Notes under the pieces: model-generated
Database searches by the model: none
The model's input: only the letters and a program-made list of their open reading frames with translations
What the model was told of the DNA's origin: nothing
Shown: positions 1 to 13,620 of the stretch, in pieces
Layout: the number at the start of each line of letters is the position of its first letter
Numbering within the stretch: the first letter of the stretch is position 1
Translations under genes and position numbers: made by a program
Assembly: GCF_037042905.1 (NCBI RefSeq)
Contig: NC_087247.1
Location: forward strand, 13,454,001 to 13,518,000
DNA: 64,000 bases
Source: Lytechinus pictus
Taxonomy: Eukaryota
Direction of reading: 5' to 3'

Positions 1-1818
1 GGGGGTGTCACAGGATGCAAGTACACCCTTTGCTATTTTTTCATATTGAATTATCTTTTATTAGTTGATTTCCCATCTGATATTCACTTATTCTGTGAAT
101 TTACAATGTACTCATAATCTTATATCTTAGATTATTTTAGTCTCCATTTTGGACATTATTTGCAGCTTTAATAGATGTATTAGATACACTGTGCAGTACT
201 CATGTGCTCTAGCTACTTAATTTACTGTTGTAGTATGATATGCATGTTTTCTATTGTATGTTCTTCAGTTCAATTTCTTCCATCATTACAGTATAACACC
301 TTGAACAAAAATAAAATGTAGTATTATTGTAATCAGAAAGAAAAAATGTTTTTATGCTTAGATTTAAAAATCATGTACAGTAATCTAGTATGTTTTGTAT
401 TATATTTTTTTTTATCAGATGGTTTAAAGTAAATGTATTCAAAGTCATAGTAAGGAGTGATTTTTTTTCTATGTTAGAATGGCTAATGTAGCACAAACTA
501 TAGTTTTTGTCACTTTTAAAATGAAATAAAGTATGTGATTAAATAGCTGTATTAAGATGGATGAACAGGGACATGTCTTACAAAGAGTTATGATTGATCT
601 GATGAGTCACAACTATGGAAAGCCAGGAACACCAAAATACATTATCATCTTGACAAATCAGTGTACTCCTCTATGTGTCCAGAGAGGCATTCTATAATTT
701 TCATAGATGAAGAATTATGACATTAATGGCTTTCCATGGTTTAAGATAATCAGATCAATCACAAGTCTTTTTTAAGGCAGAGCCCAGAATTCAAGTTTTG
801 ATAATTCTATCACAAAATGATTAATGTTTATTCAAGTCTGTGGAATAACCTTCCAATCACAATCGTGGCTTTGAAACCTTGCTTCGGTATGTTTACACAA
901 TCAGATAAATAGTTGCATCAGAATGATTTTGTGTGAGAGTAGAAATTGAAAACAAATAATGTCTGCATTATAGTGCCTTTACACTCCTTTCAAACCTATT
1001 ATAATCTTTCTTTTCAAATAAGTATTCTTCTTATGCAAACAAAATAAGCCTTGAAGCAGAATCTAATAAATTCAAATAAAGATACATGCATTTGTTTGTG
1101 TTATTGAATTATGGAGTAGATGTGTCATAAAAAGGCCAGGTCAACCTACCTTGAATAGAGAAAGTGTTCAAGTTTAATGGAAAAAAAATCATCAGATGTA
1201 GGAGATGGATCTTTACAAGCCCCAAATATATGTAAGGGTTGGTTTAAAGGGGTACTATATCCCCCATCCCCCCCAAAAAAAAAAAAAGATGTTATATATA
1301 TATCTATATATATATATATATATCTGAAGTTATGCAATGTCTTATGTAATAAAAAAATGATATGCATACTGTCATCAATATGCAATAGTTGAGCTGATGA
1401 TGTCACATTCTTAACTACTTTTCTCTTTTCTTACTACATGAAAACAAAATCATTTCTTATTTTCATACATTTGTGTAAAAGAGGTTTCCTCTAAGTTTCA
1501 GCAATATATCATTTTTTTTAATTCGGTAAATGAGTTTGGCCTAGACCAATCCTGTATTTACATTCTTGGAGGACAAAATTTAAGTAAACATAATTTCATC
1601 CATTAAAATACAAAAGAATGAAAAGCTCACTCATTGCATATTCATCAGAACGTATGCATGCATAAAGTACTGTCTGTTTCACCTAGTAATGTAAAACATT
1701 GATATGTGATCACATTTCTCTTCAAATTTTGATGAAAAGTTAACATTGTCTGCAGTCTATCTGTTCCAATCACATATATTTTTTTTAAGCCTGAGGTAAG
1801 TATAGAATAATATTGATA

Positions 1819-1999
1819 GAAAGTCAAAAAGGGGCCTAAGCTTTCGATCCTAGCAGAATCTTCGTCGGAGGCAAAATGGTCATTTGCCTCCGACGAAGAT
1901 TCTGCTAGGATCGAAAGCTTAGGCCCCTTTTTGACTTTCTAATTTACTCCATTGGCTCTCTTTTATTAGATAAGCAGTTTTCAGCAGCTTCTTTTTGCC
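1819..1999. mobile_element. Penelope-like element remnant (inverted terminal-repeat fragment) with hammerhead motifs
   Basis: Near-perfect palindrome 1817-1941; 13-bp direct repeat AATAATATTGATA at 1806-1818 and 2000-2012; hammerhead motif in each arm. Confidence 0.7.
1886..1924 (+). ncRNA. Minimal type-I hammerhead ribozyme motif (mirror copy at 1834-1872, minus strand)
   Basis: GCCT-CCGACGA-A-GATTC-TGCTA-GGATC-GAAA-GCTT-AGGC: helix I GCCT/AGGC, helix II GATTC/GGATC, palindromic AGCT helix III. Confidence 0.65.
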
Positions 2000-2814
2000 A
2001 ATAATATTGATAATGACACTATTATTTGAGTGTCACCCAGGAAGAGGAAGTAATTAGGTCAACCATTGATTGTATGCTATATACCTGAAGCAGAATAGGC
2101 CCAAATATTGCAGAATCATGATTGGGATAGACCCTTGTCGACATTGAAAGCACATCTATTTTTCAGTTCCATGCTTATATTATTTTAGTTTCTATATCAT
2201 CAATAGGACAAATATCAACCTTTGTTTCACAAATCAGCCGATGTCATCACCTTGATCCAATATACCTGGAATTTATTCACGCAATGGCTGATTCTTCATA
2301 ATCTTTTTTTTTTCACTCCTCTATGGAATACGATGAAACCAATATATAAAATACAATCTTTCAAAAGTAAAGAAAAAATAATTTATTTATGATAAAACCC
2401 AGTTCATTCACGTTTGACCTAGACTTAGCTTGGAAACAATAATTCAATTATTCAATAATATTAATATCCAATAACTATATCAAGGGTATATCAAACAAGT
2501 TAAACCTAATTTCAATAAACACTTTCCATTTCCACTAAAGAACCACGGCAAAGAACCGTTATACAGAAAATAAAATATATCTGTTTTTGTTTCCAAGCTA
2601 CTCTTGTTTGAGAACGTAAGGAAATTATAGATTTTTTTTTAATCCTGTAATCAGTCATATTCAATCGACACTGGTAGACCGGGAGGAGGTAGACAGCTGT
2701 TCGTCTTTCACATAGAAACACATTCAATTGTCAGTAGCTTTATAAAAATGGTTCTTTTATGTTTCATTTGGCTGCTTTTTAAATTAATTTAACCAGCTAT
2801 TAAATGCCAGAGAT

Positions 2815-2910
2815 CAGCGCCGCGAGGCACAGCATGCACACACTTGTATGATCGCGAGAGGCAATTAACCACGAGAGCGCGCGCTAATTCAAAGTGCGGG
2901 AAAATCAGTT
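2815..2910 (+). promoter_or_regulatory. CpG-rich DNAJC9 proximal promoter with E2F-like and CHR-like motifs
   Basis: CpG-rich patch 70-160 nt upstream of the ATG; GCGGGAAAA at 2896-2904 next to TTCAAA at 2888-2893. Confidence 0.45.
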
Positions 2911-2975
2911 CCGGTTATGACATTGTAGTAAAACTGAAAGTTAACCCGAACCTGCCGAAATTTAAAACTTTTAGA

Positions 2976-3066
2976 ATGGCGCTCCTAGAAATGTGTGATA
3001 AAATTTTCGGAACACGAAATCTTTATGATGTCCTAAAGATTTCAAAGGAAGCATCAGCAAGTGAAG
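2976..3066 (+). CDS. DNAJC9: DnaJ homolog subfamily C member 9, exon 1 of 5
   Basis: ATG 2976; MALLEMCDKIFGTRNLYDVLKISKEASASE is the J-domain N-terminus (NLYDVL); GT donor at 3067, phase 1. Confidence 0.93.
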
Positions 3067-3572
3067 GTAAATATTATATGCATGTAAAAAGAATAGTTGA
3101 AGTTGATCGACAGTGCAGTCCCGTCGTGACAGTGCAGTGCAGTTTGCGCTTGACGCCGTGGCTTTAAGTTTCGGTACTCTATAGTATACTATAGCTACTC
3201 TCGTCTCTAGCGATAGCCCGACCAGTACCAGCTCAGAGACAGAGGCCAGAACCTGTGCGGAGCGCGGGGCGACCGCTTTCGAATTTCGTGAATGGTTCTG
3301 TGTGTGTTTGAGTTTTGTCAGACGTGTCAATCAGATATGATTATTTACGTCTGGGACCGACCTTAGTTTAAGTTTAATGTCACCATCCGAAAGACGTGAC
3401 CAGGGCTCGAACCTCTGAATCAATTTGTAACTTTCCCACATATCTCGGATTACCGGCGCACGCAACAACGCCCAGTTCTGTTGACTCGAAATTGAATAGA
3501 CTACGTTTATTGTTATATTTTACTTTGACCTGTTGACCAAGTGATAAGTTACATTAGACAGATAGTGAGATC

Positions 3573-4697
3573 ACACTCACCATTGGATAGCTGACTTTCT
3601 GAGTACTTAATAGGACCCAACGCGTTGTATTGGACGGATCCATCTCCAACACCAGCCAAGTAACATCAGGCGTTCCGTAAGGCAGTGTCCTCGGGCCAAT
3701 GCTCTTTCTCATCTTCATCAATGACCTGCCAGAGTATCTCTCCAACAACTCAACAGTAAGGCTCTTTGCTGATGATTGCATGGTTTATGCCAACGTCAAG
3801 ACAGAGGAAGATGCCATTCGTCTCCAAGAGGACCTTGACTCCTTGGGAGCATGATTGGCTGATGGAATTCAATCCACAGAAGTGTCAAGTACTTCATGTC
3901 ACAAATAAGCGCAAACCTATCATCAAGCCTTACTTCATCCATGGACAGACTATATCTGATAAAAATACAGCAAAGTATCTTGGAGTTGAGCTGCAGAGGA
4001 ACCTCAGCTGGAATCAACATATAAATGCTGTAACCAAAAAGGCCAACTCCACATGTGCCTTCCTCCAGAGAAATATCCGGCCATGTCCAAGAAAGGTCAA
4101 GGAACTGTGCTACAAAGCTCTCCTGCAACCAATCATGGAGTATGCCAGCATAATATGGGACCCTCACACGCAAGCAAATATAAAAAAGCTTGAAATGGTG
4201 CAGCGACGCTATGCACGCTTCGTCTGTAATGACCACCGCAGAACAAGCAGTGTAGCAGCCATGCTGAAACAGCTCAAATGGCCAACTTTACAAGAGCGTA
4301 GGGCACAGGCCAAGGTGGTGATGATCTACTGTATTACCAACTCACTCATTGACATCCCACCTACCTTCCTCACTCCATCCACATCCATGCATAGAGGTCA
4401 TTCTCAGAAGATCTTTGTTCCCTTTGCCAGAACACTTGTCTACCAGAGGAGCTTCTTCCCAGATTCTATAAGACTTTGGAACTCCCTCCCCAACAGCACA
4501 GTTAATTGTACCTCTCTACACATCTTTAAACAAGAGGTACAAAAGACCCAGCTCCGTTAATAACGGTGGTTGTTTTTACTTGCACGCCGTAAGCAATTTT
4601 TTATCGAATAATGTACATACACTTGCACGCTGCACTTCACCAGTACGACAATACACCAGACGGTGGACTGTACTGTTTCCAGAAGAAGAAGAAGAAG
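3573..4697 (+). mobile_element. 5'-truncated CR1/L2-group LINE (RT C-terminal half), in DNAJC9 intron 1
   Basis: RT motifs TSGVP*GSVLGPMLFLIFINDL and RLFADD; EFNPQKC, KYLGV, RSFFPDSIRLWNSLP; (GAA)n tail; possible GAGATCA TSD; stop and frameshift present. Confidence 0.9.
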
Positions 4698-5024
4698 AGA
4701 TCATGAGAGAGTCTGAGAATGAGATGAGTGAGAGCAACTAAGGCAAATTATTATTAATTAGTTTTTTTAAATCAATGTTTTGATTAACTCCCTTGACCCT
4801 TGTTTGAGGTTTCTTTGCAAAGTTCTGACTATTAGTTACAGTAAATGCCGTGGACAAAAAACACTAAACAGAAGACTAGTCTGCCATCAGACTTGCTAAA
4901 TATTGGATCTACAATCACATAAGGCTTAATTTAGATGGAAATAGATCTAACCTTTTTTTTATACCGGTATTCATTTTTTTTTAAATCTGAAATTTGTCTA
5001 CCGGCTACCTGATGTCCCGTAACC

Positions 5025-5230
5025 ATAGCATAGGTTTAATCCATCGAAATGTAATACCATGAGGATCACTCGGAAGAGGAAGCATGACCCTACCAAATAC
5101 ACAATGATGGGAACTAGACTTGAAGAAAAAGAGAACATCCAGTACTTGGGAATCCAGCTCCAGCACAACCTTCGCTGGAACAAACAAACACAACATGCTA
5201 CGACAAAAGCAACAAGGGTGCTGAACTTCT
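5025..5230 (+). mobile_element. Second CR1/L2-group LINE fragment
   Basis: FNPSKCNTMRITRKR...QYLGIQLQHNLRWNKQ is homologous to the adjacent LINE. Confidence 0.8.
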
Positions 5231-5234
5231 TTAA

Positions 5235-5756
5235 AGGGGAATCCAGCCTTTGCCAATAAGAAAGTTATAGCTGCTTTAAAATTGAGATCACTAATACTAT
5301 GTAGATTTCAAATTGGCAACTGGGTAAGAAAATTATGACAAGGGGCAAGGACAACTTTCCTATAGGCCATGTACTTTATTATCAGGGATTTGTGGTTTTC
5401 TCCTAAGTGCCCATTCCCCTTGGGCAGTAATCTAAATATAACCCAGGTAGTATAATGTTTTATGTCCTCATGAAAGAAAAATATAATTTGAAATAAAACT
5501 TTTGGGAAAAATGACATTTTAGCCAAAATATGTATTGGAGCATATGGAAGAGTAGTCCTTGCCTTACATCACTATGACATCCCATATGCGGCCAATTTGA
5601 AGTCTCCATGGGTATAGTGATTACCAATATTTACAACTTTAAAACCTTCATAACTTTCTTGTTGTTTGTCCAATATCGTTCAAACTTTCACCTATCATCT
5701 TGTCTGATTTTTCTTTTCCTTATAAAAACAAGTTTTTATTTGGGTTGGATTCCCCT
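5235..5756. mobile_element. TTAA-targeting MITE (Kolobok/T2 type)
   Basis: TTAA|AGGGGAATCCA ... TGGATTCCCCT|TTAA. Confidence 0.85.
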
Positions 5757-6009
5757 TTAAAATAAGCTAAGTTCAGCTTCAGTGACTAGCTTTAGATTAG
5801 ATCTATACCAATATTTTCTTCATTAATTTTGTCCAAAATCAGCAAAAGTTCCATTATGTCCCTTCAACTAAAATTGAAAAAGAAAAATTAAGGTTGTGAT
5901 AACCATGTGCTCACATTATTTGCGCCTTGGGCACCTAACAAGGTGGATATGTGCGCAATATGAATACCCTATATTATTATTATTATTCCTGTTTTTGTTT
6001 TCTTTACAG

Positions 6010-6162
6010 TGAAGAAGGGATACTACAAACAGTCGTTGAAAGTCCATCCTGACCGGGCAGCTGAAGAGGATAAAGAAGAGGCAACGGTCAAATTTCAAAC
6101 ATTGTCCAGGGTCTACACAGTCCTTTCAGACAAAGCTAGGAGAAATCTTTACGATGAATCAG
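6010..6162 (+). CDS. DNAJC9: DNAJC9 exon 2 (J domain, HPD motif)
   Basis: tttacag acceptor; VKKGYYKQSLKVHPDR...KFQTLSRVYTVLSDKARRNLYDESG; gtaatg donor; phase matches exon 1. Confidence 0.95.
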
Positions 6163-6184
6163 GTAATGATCAATGTTTCTTTAA

Positions 6185-6560
6185 AGGAAACCAAAATCCA
6201 AGATGAGAAGCAATTTTATTGGAAAGGGTAAAATAAGAGGAACAATTTAAAACAAATTTCATCAAAATCGGTTGTGAAATAAGCAAGTTATGGACGTTTA
6301 AAAATTCTTGTTGTACTTTCTATGGGGATCCTCAAATTGGCAAACATGCTTTAAAATGGCTGATTTTGTGGACAACTCTCCATTTGTTTTTGTACACAAT
6401 TTTTCAGATTTTCCCTATTATCTTTAAAATTGCATATTGCCTCATTCTGAGCATATATTATGGGAAACAGGGAAAATAAAATTCACACCACATATGTTAA
6501 GTTCAGGAGGAAGTGTTGTGAAATATGTAAAATAAAAGGGAAAATCTCATTTGGTTTCCT
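6185..6560. mobile_element. TTAA-targeting MITE (Kolobok/T2 type)
   Basis: TTAA|AGGAAACCAAA ... TTTGGTTTCCT|TTAA. Confidence 0.8.
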
Positions 6561-8238
6561 TTAAAAGGATAGATAAATCAGCAAAAATCTCAAATCATGG
6601 GGGAATTAGAGTCTTTACAGAATTTGCAAAAGGCTGATTAACTTGCACATTATAATCTGTCCGTCATGCAGGCCCGTTGGTTTAGTGTGATAAAAATTCA
6701 GTCCGTACAGATTCAACCGAAGTCGGGATTGTGATTTACTTGGTGTTTTCAAAGTTTTCAATATCCCCAAGTCCTAGACTTTTAGCAGGTCCCATTATTT
6801 TCATCCACAAATTTTGCACACCCCATCACAAATTCATGTTTCAAAGAAACCCCTGGGTCCTCGGTCCATTCAAATTTCTCTCTCTTGCTTCTCCAAGACA
6901 AATCATGGCAGACATACTGGCGCAGTTTATCTAACACTGGTACACTGCTCGTAATTCTCTTTGCGCAAACTTTGAAAGAGCGGGCAATAAATCATTTCAC
7001 ATGATTATTATCCCAAGCCAGGCAAGTTCCGAAATGTGCCTACTCCCCCCCCCCCCCCCCCCCCCATTGACTTGTCCCTTAAGCGCAGCTTTCAGGGAGT
7101 TCAGATTTGGCATTGTGTTTAAGGACATTCCACAGACAGTTAAAATGAAATCTGTGTCGTTTTCACCAAACTTTGCATAAGTCACTTTGGTTACATACAG
7201 ATGCAAAAACATGAAAAAAAAATAATATAGGTTTATGTGCTTTATTGTTTTTCTATCAGACTTTGATATTTGCCAAATTGTCTCTCTGGTAAAATTATGC
7301 AATTTAAAGATTTCGGGCCTCTGTTAAACCTCGCACGAACACAACGTTGAGTTTGAATTTATTTATTTTATTGAAAAGCAATGTAGTAGATATAGCATTT
7401 TCCAGTTGAGTACAGAAATATTTATCAAAGATGGGGGAAATTATTTACACTGAGGTCCTTAATATGAACACTTGAATTCTACGTGTGAAGGATGTATGTT
7501 TGAATATGTGTTTCTTGGAGACAATTGTCATTGTCTGAAAAAGTGTAATTCTCTGAAAAAGTGTAATTCTCTTTACAATTTTAAAGTTTAATTGTATTAA
7601 GGGTTAGTCAAGGCAAGAGGTATACCAGATAACATTTTGCCAGTGAGCCTCCCCCTCTCCCCCCTTCCCCCTACACCATACAGACTTGTTTTGAAGATGC
7701 CCTGTTGAAGTATAAAAGTAGGGTTAATCCGTTGTTGTTTCTTGCCAATAAGAATGTTCCCATTTAAATGAGGAATGGTATGTTTTGCATTTGGTATTCT
7801 ATTTCTGTCTGGCACCTTTTCATGAATTTACAAACATTTATTGAGATATTCTTTAATTTTTGATATGATTAGAGTGTGACACCTTTTTAAAGACACCATG
7901 CTTTTTGATTTGAGAAAAAAAAAATAGTTTAAGATTTAGTTACCAATTAGCATTAAAGCTGGATAATGAACAAGTCTGTAGTGAAGTTTGAACCTCTTGC
8001 ATAAGATTTTTATGAAGTCAGTCTCAACATCTAGTAGCAGTGGTAGTAGGTAACATGGTTTTACTGCAATATCACATACTGCCTCGCATCTATGAGGGAT
8101 TTTGATGATCGAAAATAAGGACGAGGTTAATCTCCCAGTTTTAAACAATCGCTTAAAGGAAATGATGATTAAATTGAATCATGTTCGACTGCAGCTTATT
8201 TCATAATTTCTGATAATGCTTTAATACCTTTGTTTCAG

Positions 8239-8355
8239 GTGAAGTCGATGATGAAATTGATACAGACCAGCAGAAGGATTGGGATGCTTACTGGAGGATT
8301 CTCTTTAAGAAGGTGGAAGTACGAGACATCCAAGAATTCGAAGAGAAATATAGAG
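8239..8355 (+). CDS. DNAJC9: DNAJC9 exon 3
   Basis: tttcag acceptor; EVDDEIDTDQQKDWDAYWRILFKKVEVRDIQEFEEKYRG, with the WxxYWRxLFKK motif typical of DNAJC9; phase 1/1. Confidence 0.93.
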
Positions 8356-8544
8356 GTACATGTATATACTATATGATACCTTCCTACCCCTCCCCCACCC
8401 CCTCCCCCTCCCAACTTCTATTATCCATCCCTCATTTTTTCCCTCTTTTGTATATTTTCTTTTGTTTTTTCTCTTCTCTATTATCTCTCTATATATGGAC
8501 CTAATTGGGTTTGGGTGCTGTGTTTTTTTAAGGTAATTTGTAAC

Positions 8545-9799
8545 CAGGGAGTTGTTAAGAAGGAGAGGAGTCTTGCTGCTTTCCTTTTACCCCCTGCACG
8601 ACAGGACACTGTTGATTAGTTATGCGCTAACCCCGGGGGGGGGGGGCACTCGACCAAAAAAGTAGTGGGTATGTGCCGCGGGTGAGACAAAAAACTGGGG
8701 CCTTGGAGCGGGCTTATTGTAAAAAGGAGGGTCCTCGGAACGGGCTTCGGAACGACAAATGTTTGTGAAAACGGGGGTCCTTGGAACGGGTCGCCTGCGT
8801 GTGATTGCGTATTCATCTCTATGGAACGGGCATACGTGCATGCAGCTATAGCCCGGCGACACGGGCGCCGGGTGCGCTAGCGCAGATGTGATGGTCGGAC
8901 AGCGCTCTGCGGCCGCTTTTCACCAAAACTGCGGCTCAGAACGGCAAAACGGAAAATATGCGAAGCTTTGGAGCGGATTTCTTTCTTCTTTTTTTCTCGA
9001 TAAGAAGAAAATGCTATGCTTTGGAGCGGCTTTCTTTGTTCTTTTTCTCAATAAGACAAAAATGCTATGCTTTGGAACGAAAATTTGATTGTAAAAATGG
9101 GGGTCCCCTCCGCGGCACATACCCACTATGCATTATATACTGAGTGCCCCCCCCCCCCCCCGGGGCGCTAACCTGCATCCATAGAACGCATGAATAATAA
9201 TTTCTTAAAACTCCCACATCAGAACATTGTATCTAGGCAACTCTTCGCTGTCCCTTTTAATAATTTCTTTTCAATGGTCAACAATAGTCAAATGTGTCGT
9301 GCATCTCATTAGTGAACGCAAACTAATTTCATACTATTTCTTCTGCAAAAATAATAAAATGGAAACAAGCTTAAGCAAAGTACTTTATATTGAAGATTTT
9401 AAATCATTGATTAAATGAGTGTATTAAAATGTCTGCAAATGACTGAAACATACATGTACTCAAATATTGTATTTTTTTAAGAAACTTATTTTCCTTTGAT
9501 CGATTCACAAATAATGAGACGGACAAAGTGCTAAATTTGAGAACTTGTTTGGTCCTATTTCTGACACAAACCATTTATGAGCTTTATATTTATAATTCTT
9601 ATTGCAATTAACCAATATATTTTATATATTCGAAAATTGGTACAGGGGTTCCAAAAAATCGCCTCAGCTTAAGAACGATGTGCATGCATGGAGGCTCTAA
9701 GCTGAGTGGAATGTTAAGAATCCCATTGTTATGCTTTAGAACCATCAATGAATTTTGCATAGATTACAAGAGTTACAGCTCTTTCTTAACAACTCCCTG
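8545..9799. mobile_element. Non-autonomous TIR element hosting a nested MITE
   Basis: TIRs CAGGGAGTTGTTAAGAA ... TTCTTAACAACTCCCTG; no clear TSD. Confidence 0.7.
8632..9164. mobile_element. MITE with 8-bp TSD
   Basis: GCGCTAAC|CCCG(n)CACTC ... GAGTG(C)nGGG|GCGCTAAC. Confidence 0.9.
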
Positions 9800-11242
9800 C
9801 TATATAAATGGGGGCTTCAAATATGCCTAATAAAAGATAATTTATGTAACTGACATAGCAACACACCTGGCTCATTGCATAACCCATTTAAAATGCTTTG
9901 TTCCCTAGTTATGGCTTCCATAGAGCACCGAAGTCTTCTTTCACCCATTCTCTGCCCTGTCTAAAGTGATTTTTTTTTTTACATAGGAAAGAATTTCTCA
10001 TGCCATTGATTCCTTGTTCGGGATCACTTCAATAATAGTATGTATTTGTGTGTGTATATGACATCTATTTGTTCCACACTAATCAGCTGATACATTGACA
10101 CTATGTTACTATGTTTCTTAATACTGGTGTGCATTTATGAAACATGATTTGTATATGAAGTAGGGCTGATTCTCTGAAAGGGTAAGCAAATATGAAATAG
10201 TATTTGAAGTGTAAATTCTATAAGGACTTCATGAAGAAATAGTCTAATGGAGTGAAAGATAGACCCAGGCGATAGGTGATTTCAGGCCCAGTGTTGGTGT
10301 TGAGAGTGTGAAAATACTGAGGTCTAACACTGAGTTGGGTTTAGAAGGACGATAATGATCGCATTATTGAAAACTCATGATGTCATGCCTCTGTTCACTC
10401 AAGGGTTCATTACAATCCTGCCTGTGGGGAATCGATAGGTAGGACTATGGTATGCCAATTTAAAAAATCATTAAAATATCACTTTTCTGACCAAAAATAC
10501 TAATTTCCATACAGTTGCAATTTATTTTTCATTAGTAACTTGGGACTTGGGAGTAATTTTTGTATTCACTAAAGCGCTCAAAAACTTGAATTTTGGGCAT
10601 ATTTTTGTGTGCGCCGTCTATTGGTTGAAAGTAATATGGCAAGACAATTGTCATTTTTTCAATCTCTATTTTTAATTAAGAAAAAATAATTTAAAAAATC
10701 AAATTTACTTAAAGAGCCAAGTTATATGATCAATAGCTGTAATGGAATTTTGACAGTGTCGAAAAATCAAGCATTTGTCCCAAAGAAAAAGAGAAAATAA
10801 GCCAAACATTGCCAACCTTATTTCACCACACAGGGAGTAGTAACAGAGAACAAGGTTATATCATAACCTTGTTCATAAAATGAGTGTCTTTTGTTGATCA
10901 TCTTGACTCCACACAAGAAATATTAACTTTGAAAATGAAATCAGGGAGAGATTGAAGTAAAAATCCGATCAGTCAGAATGCAGAACCTAAAACCACTCAA
11001 GAATCAGAAAGAGTAAATTTTCTTGCTAATTGAAATGTATGAAGCTCTGATGCTTTGCTCACATATGAACTGATAAAGCTTATTTCAGCTTGGTGTTTCC
11101 TCCTGTTCATGAACTTGAGATAGTCTACACTTAATCAAACCAAATTTCTGTGTTATAAATGATAATAATAATGCACAATATTTATAAAGCACTTTTATGT
11201 TTCAAAGTGCTAAGAAGAGAAAAAGATGAAAGAAAGAATGTA

Positions 11243-12243
11243 CAGCGCGTCCCAAAAAAAATGTCCCTCTGACATATGGGCTGAATTAATTCTAAAATGT
11301 GGTAGTATTCTCAAATAAATGTTCATGAGTAGAAAGCTCATTTCATGATCTAACTTCTATGAAAAATTTCTTTGGTCGCGCTTTAGCGGTTTTGAATACA
11401 CACTCTGCTACGTAACAGTGGTGCATTTTAGCCCATTCCAAATTTGCAGTATTGATGCATTTCTGCATTGTCTATGGCATATTAAACCCCCATTTTTACA
11501 TCCAGGATCTGAGCAGGGACATTCCCCTAATCATATCCAGGCTCATCAAATCATAAACTTGGGCATGTTCATGCAGAAGGACAAGAAACATACAAATTAA
11601 GTTTGTTTGATGATTGGTAAGGGGAATCAGTGCACCAACTTGGAAAGAAAATGTGAACGGTGGATGATAAAGGGGAATCCATAAGTTAATCACCCTTTGC
11701 GAAAAGGAACTTTACCAGAGAAAAAAATTGACTTTTTTCTTTTAAAAAGTTACATTGAATTAACTTAACCACAGTAGCTTATTAACTAAAAAAAAGTAAT
11801 GAAAACAAAAATACAGTATTAGGCATGAAACAGACATGACCCGTGGTCTTAATTGTTGTGCATCTCCCGTTATCAAACATGAAATGAACTGTCAAATATT
11901 GTTTTTGCCCTTCTGAACATGCTCAAGGTTGTGATTTGATGAGCCTAGTTAGGTCATGGAGATTTCCCTTCCTTGGTCAGAATGTTAAAAGGGGGTTGAT
12001 ATGCTAGAAAGTGCAGAACACTCAGCAGTGCTGGATGCATGCAAACTTGGAATGGGCTGAAAAGCACCACTGTTACATAATAGACTGTGTATTCAAAACC
12101 ACTGAAGCGAGGCCAGTGAAATTTTCATAGAATTTAGAACATGATATGAGCTTCCTAAATCCATACATTTCATTGAGAATGATTTTTATTTTTTGAAGTA
12201 ATTTAGCCACATATCAGAGGGACATTTTTTGGGGGACGCGCTG
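11243..12243. mobile_element. Tc1/mariner-type non-autonomous element with long diverged TIRs
   Basis: TA|CAGCGCGTCCC ... GGGACGCGCTG|TA; inverted homology extends ~300 bp inward. Confidence 0.85.
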
Positions 12244-12314
12244 TACAAGACATTCAGGGAAATAAACAACAAAGAATACGAATGTCAGAATCCATGACAA
12301 TGGGTCATAGGATT

Positions 12315-12945
12315 GGGTCAGATGCATAAAAAAGTAGCAATTGCTTTTTCTAGGCTTTTGCTTGATTCCATATGCATAAAAATGAGCTAGCAAATGCTTT
12401 TGCTAGTAAGTTCAAGCAATCGATGACTGCTAGCATTTCCTTGACGATTAAGCTATTGTTAAAAAGCGTATGCGTAAAGCGAACATTTGGCTTGAGCGTT
12501 TAAGCACTTGCTTGGGTTTTTTCAAGCTCCATCAGAGCAGCTTGAGCGTTTGCTTGATCAGGGCCTTCACGTTTTTTAATCATGTTTATGCACCTGAGAG
12601 AGTACCCCAAGGTGTACCGTAGCCTACGTGTACATGTTTTCTTCTTAATAAGTGCAAACCAAATGTCAAATATATAAATTTTTCAAAAAGAAACAAGTTA
12701 GTTTGACACCACGTCTGAGGAAAAGATTTATAGGAAAGAAGCAGTAATTTGCAATGCCACACCTTTGCATTCAAGTACTGCCTATTCTGTGAGTCATGTT
12801 CGCACCAGCGTGCCATCGCTATTAGGGTTCAAGCACTAGCAAAGGGTTATGCATATGAAGTAAAGCAATTGCTGAAGCATGATCTTTTGCTTTGCTAGCT
12901 ATTGTTTGTGCTTGAAGCAATTGCTACTTTTTATGCATCTGACCC
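12315..12945. mobile_element. MITE
   Basis: TIRs GGGTCAGATGCATAAAAA(A)GTAGCAATTGC and its reverse complement. Confidence 0.8.
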
Positions 12946-13151
12946 AGTGAATTAGAAATACAATGTAGAACTAATTGAAAAATATAAAACTTAAATACAA
13001 AATGTCAGTATTTGAATCAATTCAATCCAATCAATACCGATAATTGAGATCATAAACTATTTAAAATACTAAGTACAATATGATTTACAAAATAGTATGT
13101 ATCACTTCTAAATTCAGGTATTCAATTGTTTTTTCCTCCTGTACACATCAG

Positions 13152-13363
13152 GTTCTGCTGAGGAGCTTGACGATTTGAAAGCAGCGTATGTCGAATTTGA
13201 AGGTGACATGGAGGAGATTCTGGATAATGTCATGTGCAGTCGAGAGGAAGATGTTCCTAGGTTTACCAAGATCTTAAAGGGGTTGATCAAGAAAGGAGAA
13301 GTACCCGTGTTTGAAGAATTTGACAAGGTTTCAAAGAAGAAACAGAAAGCAAGACAGAAAAGA
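13152..13363 (+). CDS. DNAJC9: DNAJC9 exon 4
   Basis: catcag acceptor; SAEELDDLKAAYVEFEGDMEEILDNVMC...KKKQKARQKR; gtaagt donor, phase 0. Confidence 0.93.
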
Positions 13364-13387
13364 GTAAGTGGAATGGGCTATTTGATG

Positions 13388-13620
13388 TTGTGTGGTCTAG
13401 TGGTTAGAGCATTGGACTCATGGTTATGAGGTTGTGAGTTCAATTCTCCGCTCTGCCATTGTTTCCACTTTGATAAAAAGACCCGAGAGTACTTTCTGTC
13501 TATGAGGTCAGCCACTATGCTTGATTAACGTAGACGAGCTTGGCGTTATACCAGCAGAAAGCTCTCCTGTTGAGTTTCTACAGGAGTTACCATAACAGAA
13601 ACAGAAATAGGTAATCACTA
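13388..13620 (+). mobile_element. Degenerate tRNA-derived SINE
   Basis: A-box-like TGGTCTAGTGG and B-box-like GAGTTCAATTC head; no intact cloverleaf; 3' end approximate. Confidence 0.55.

Noticed and set aside
1-1100. 3' UTR of an upstream gene
   Set aside because: AT-rich with AATAAA motifs, but no coding exon in the window supports it.
3766-4560. 264-aa ORF as a host gene
   Set aside because: It is the C-terminal part of a truncated LINE RT with an upstream stop and frameshift.
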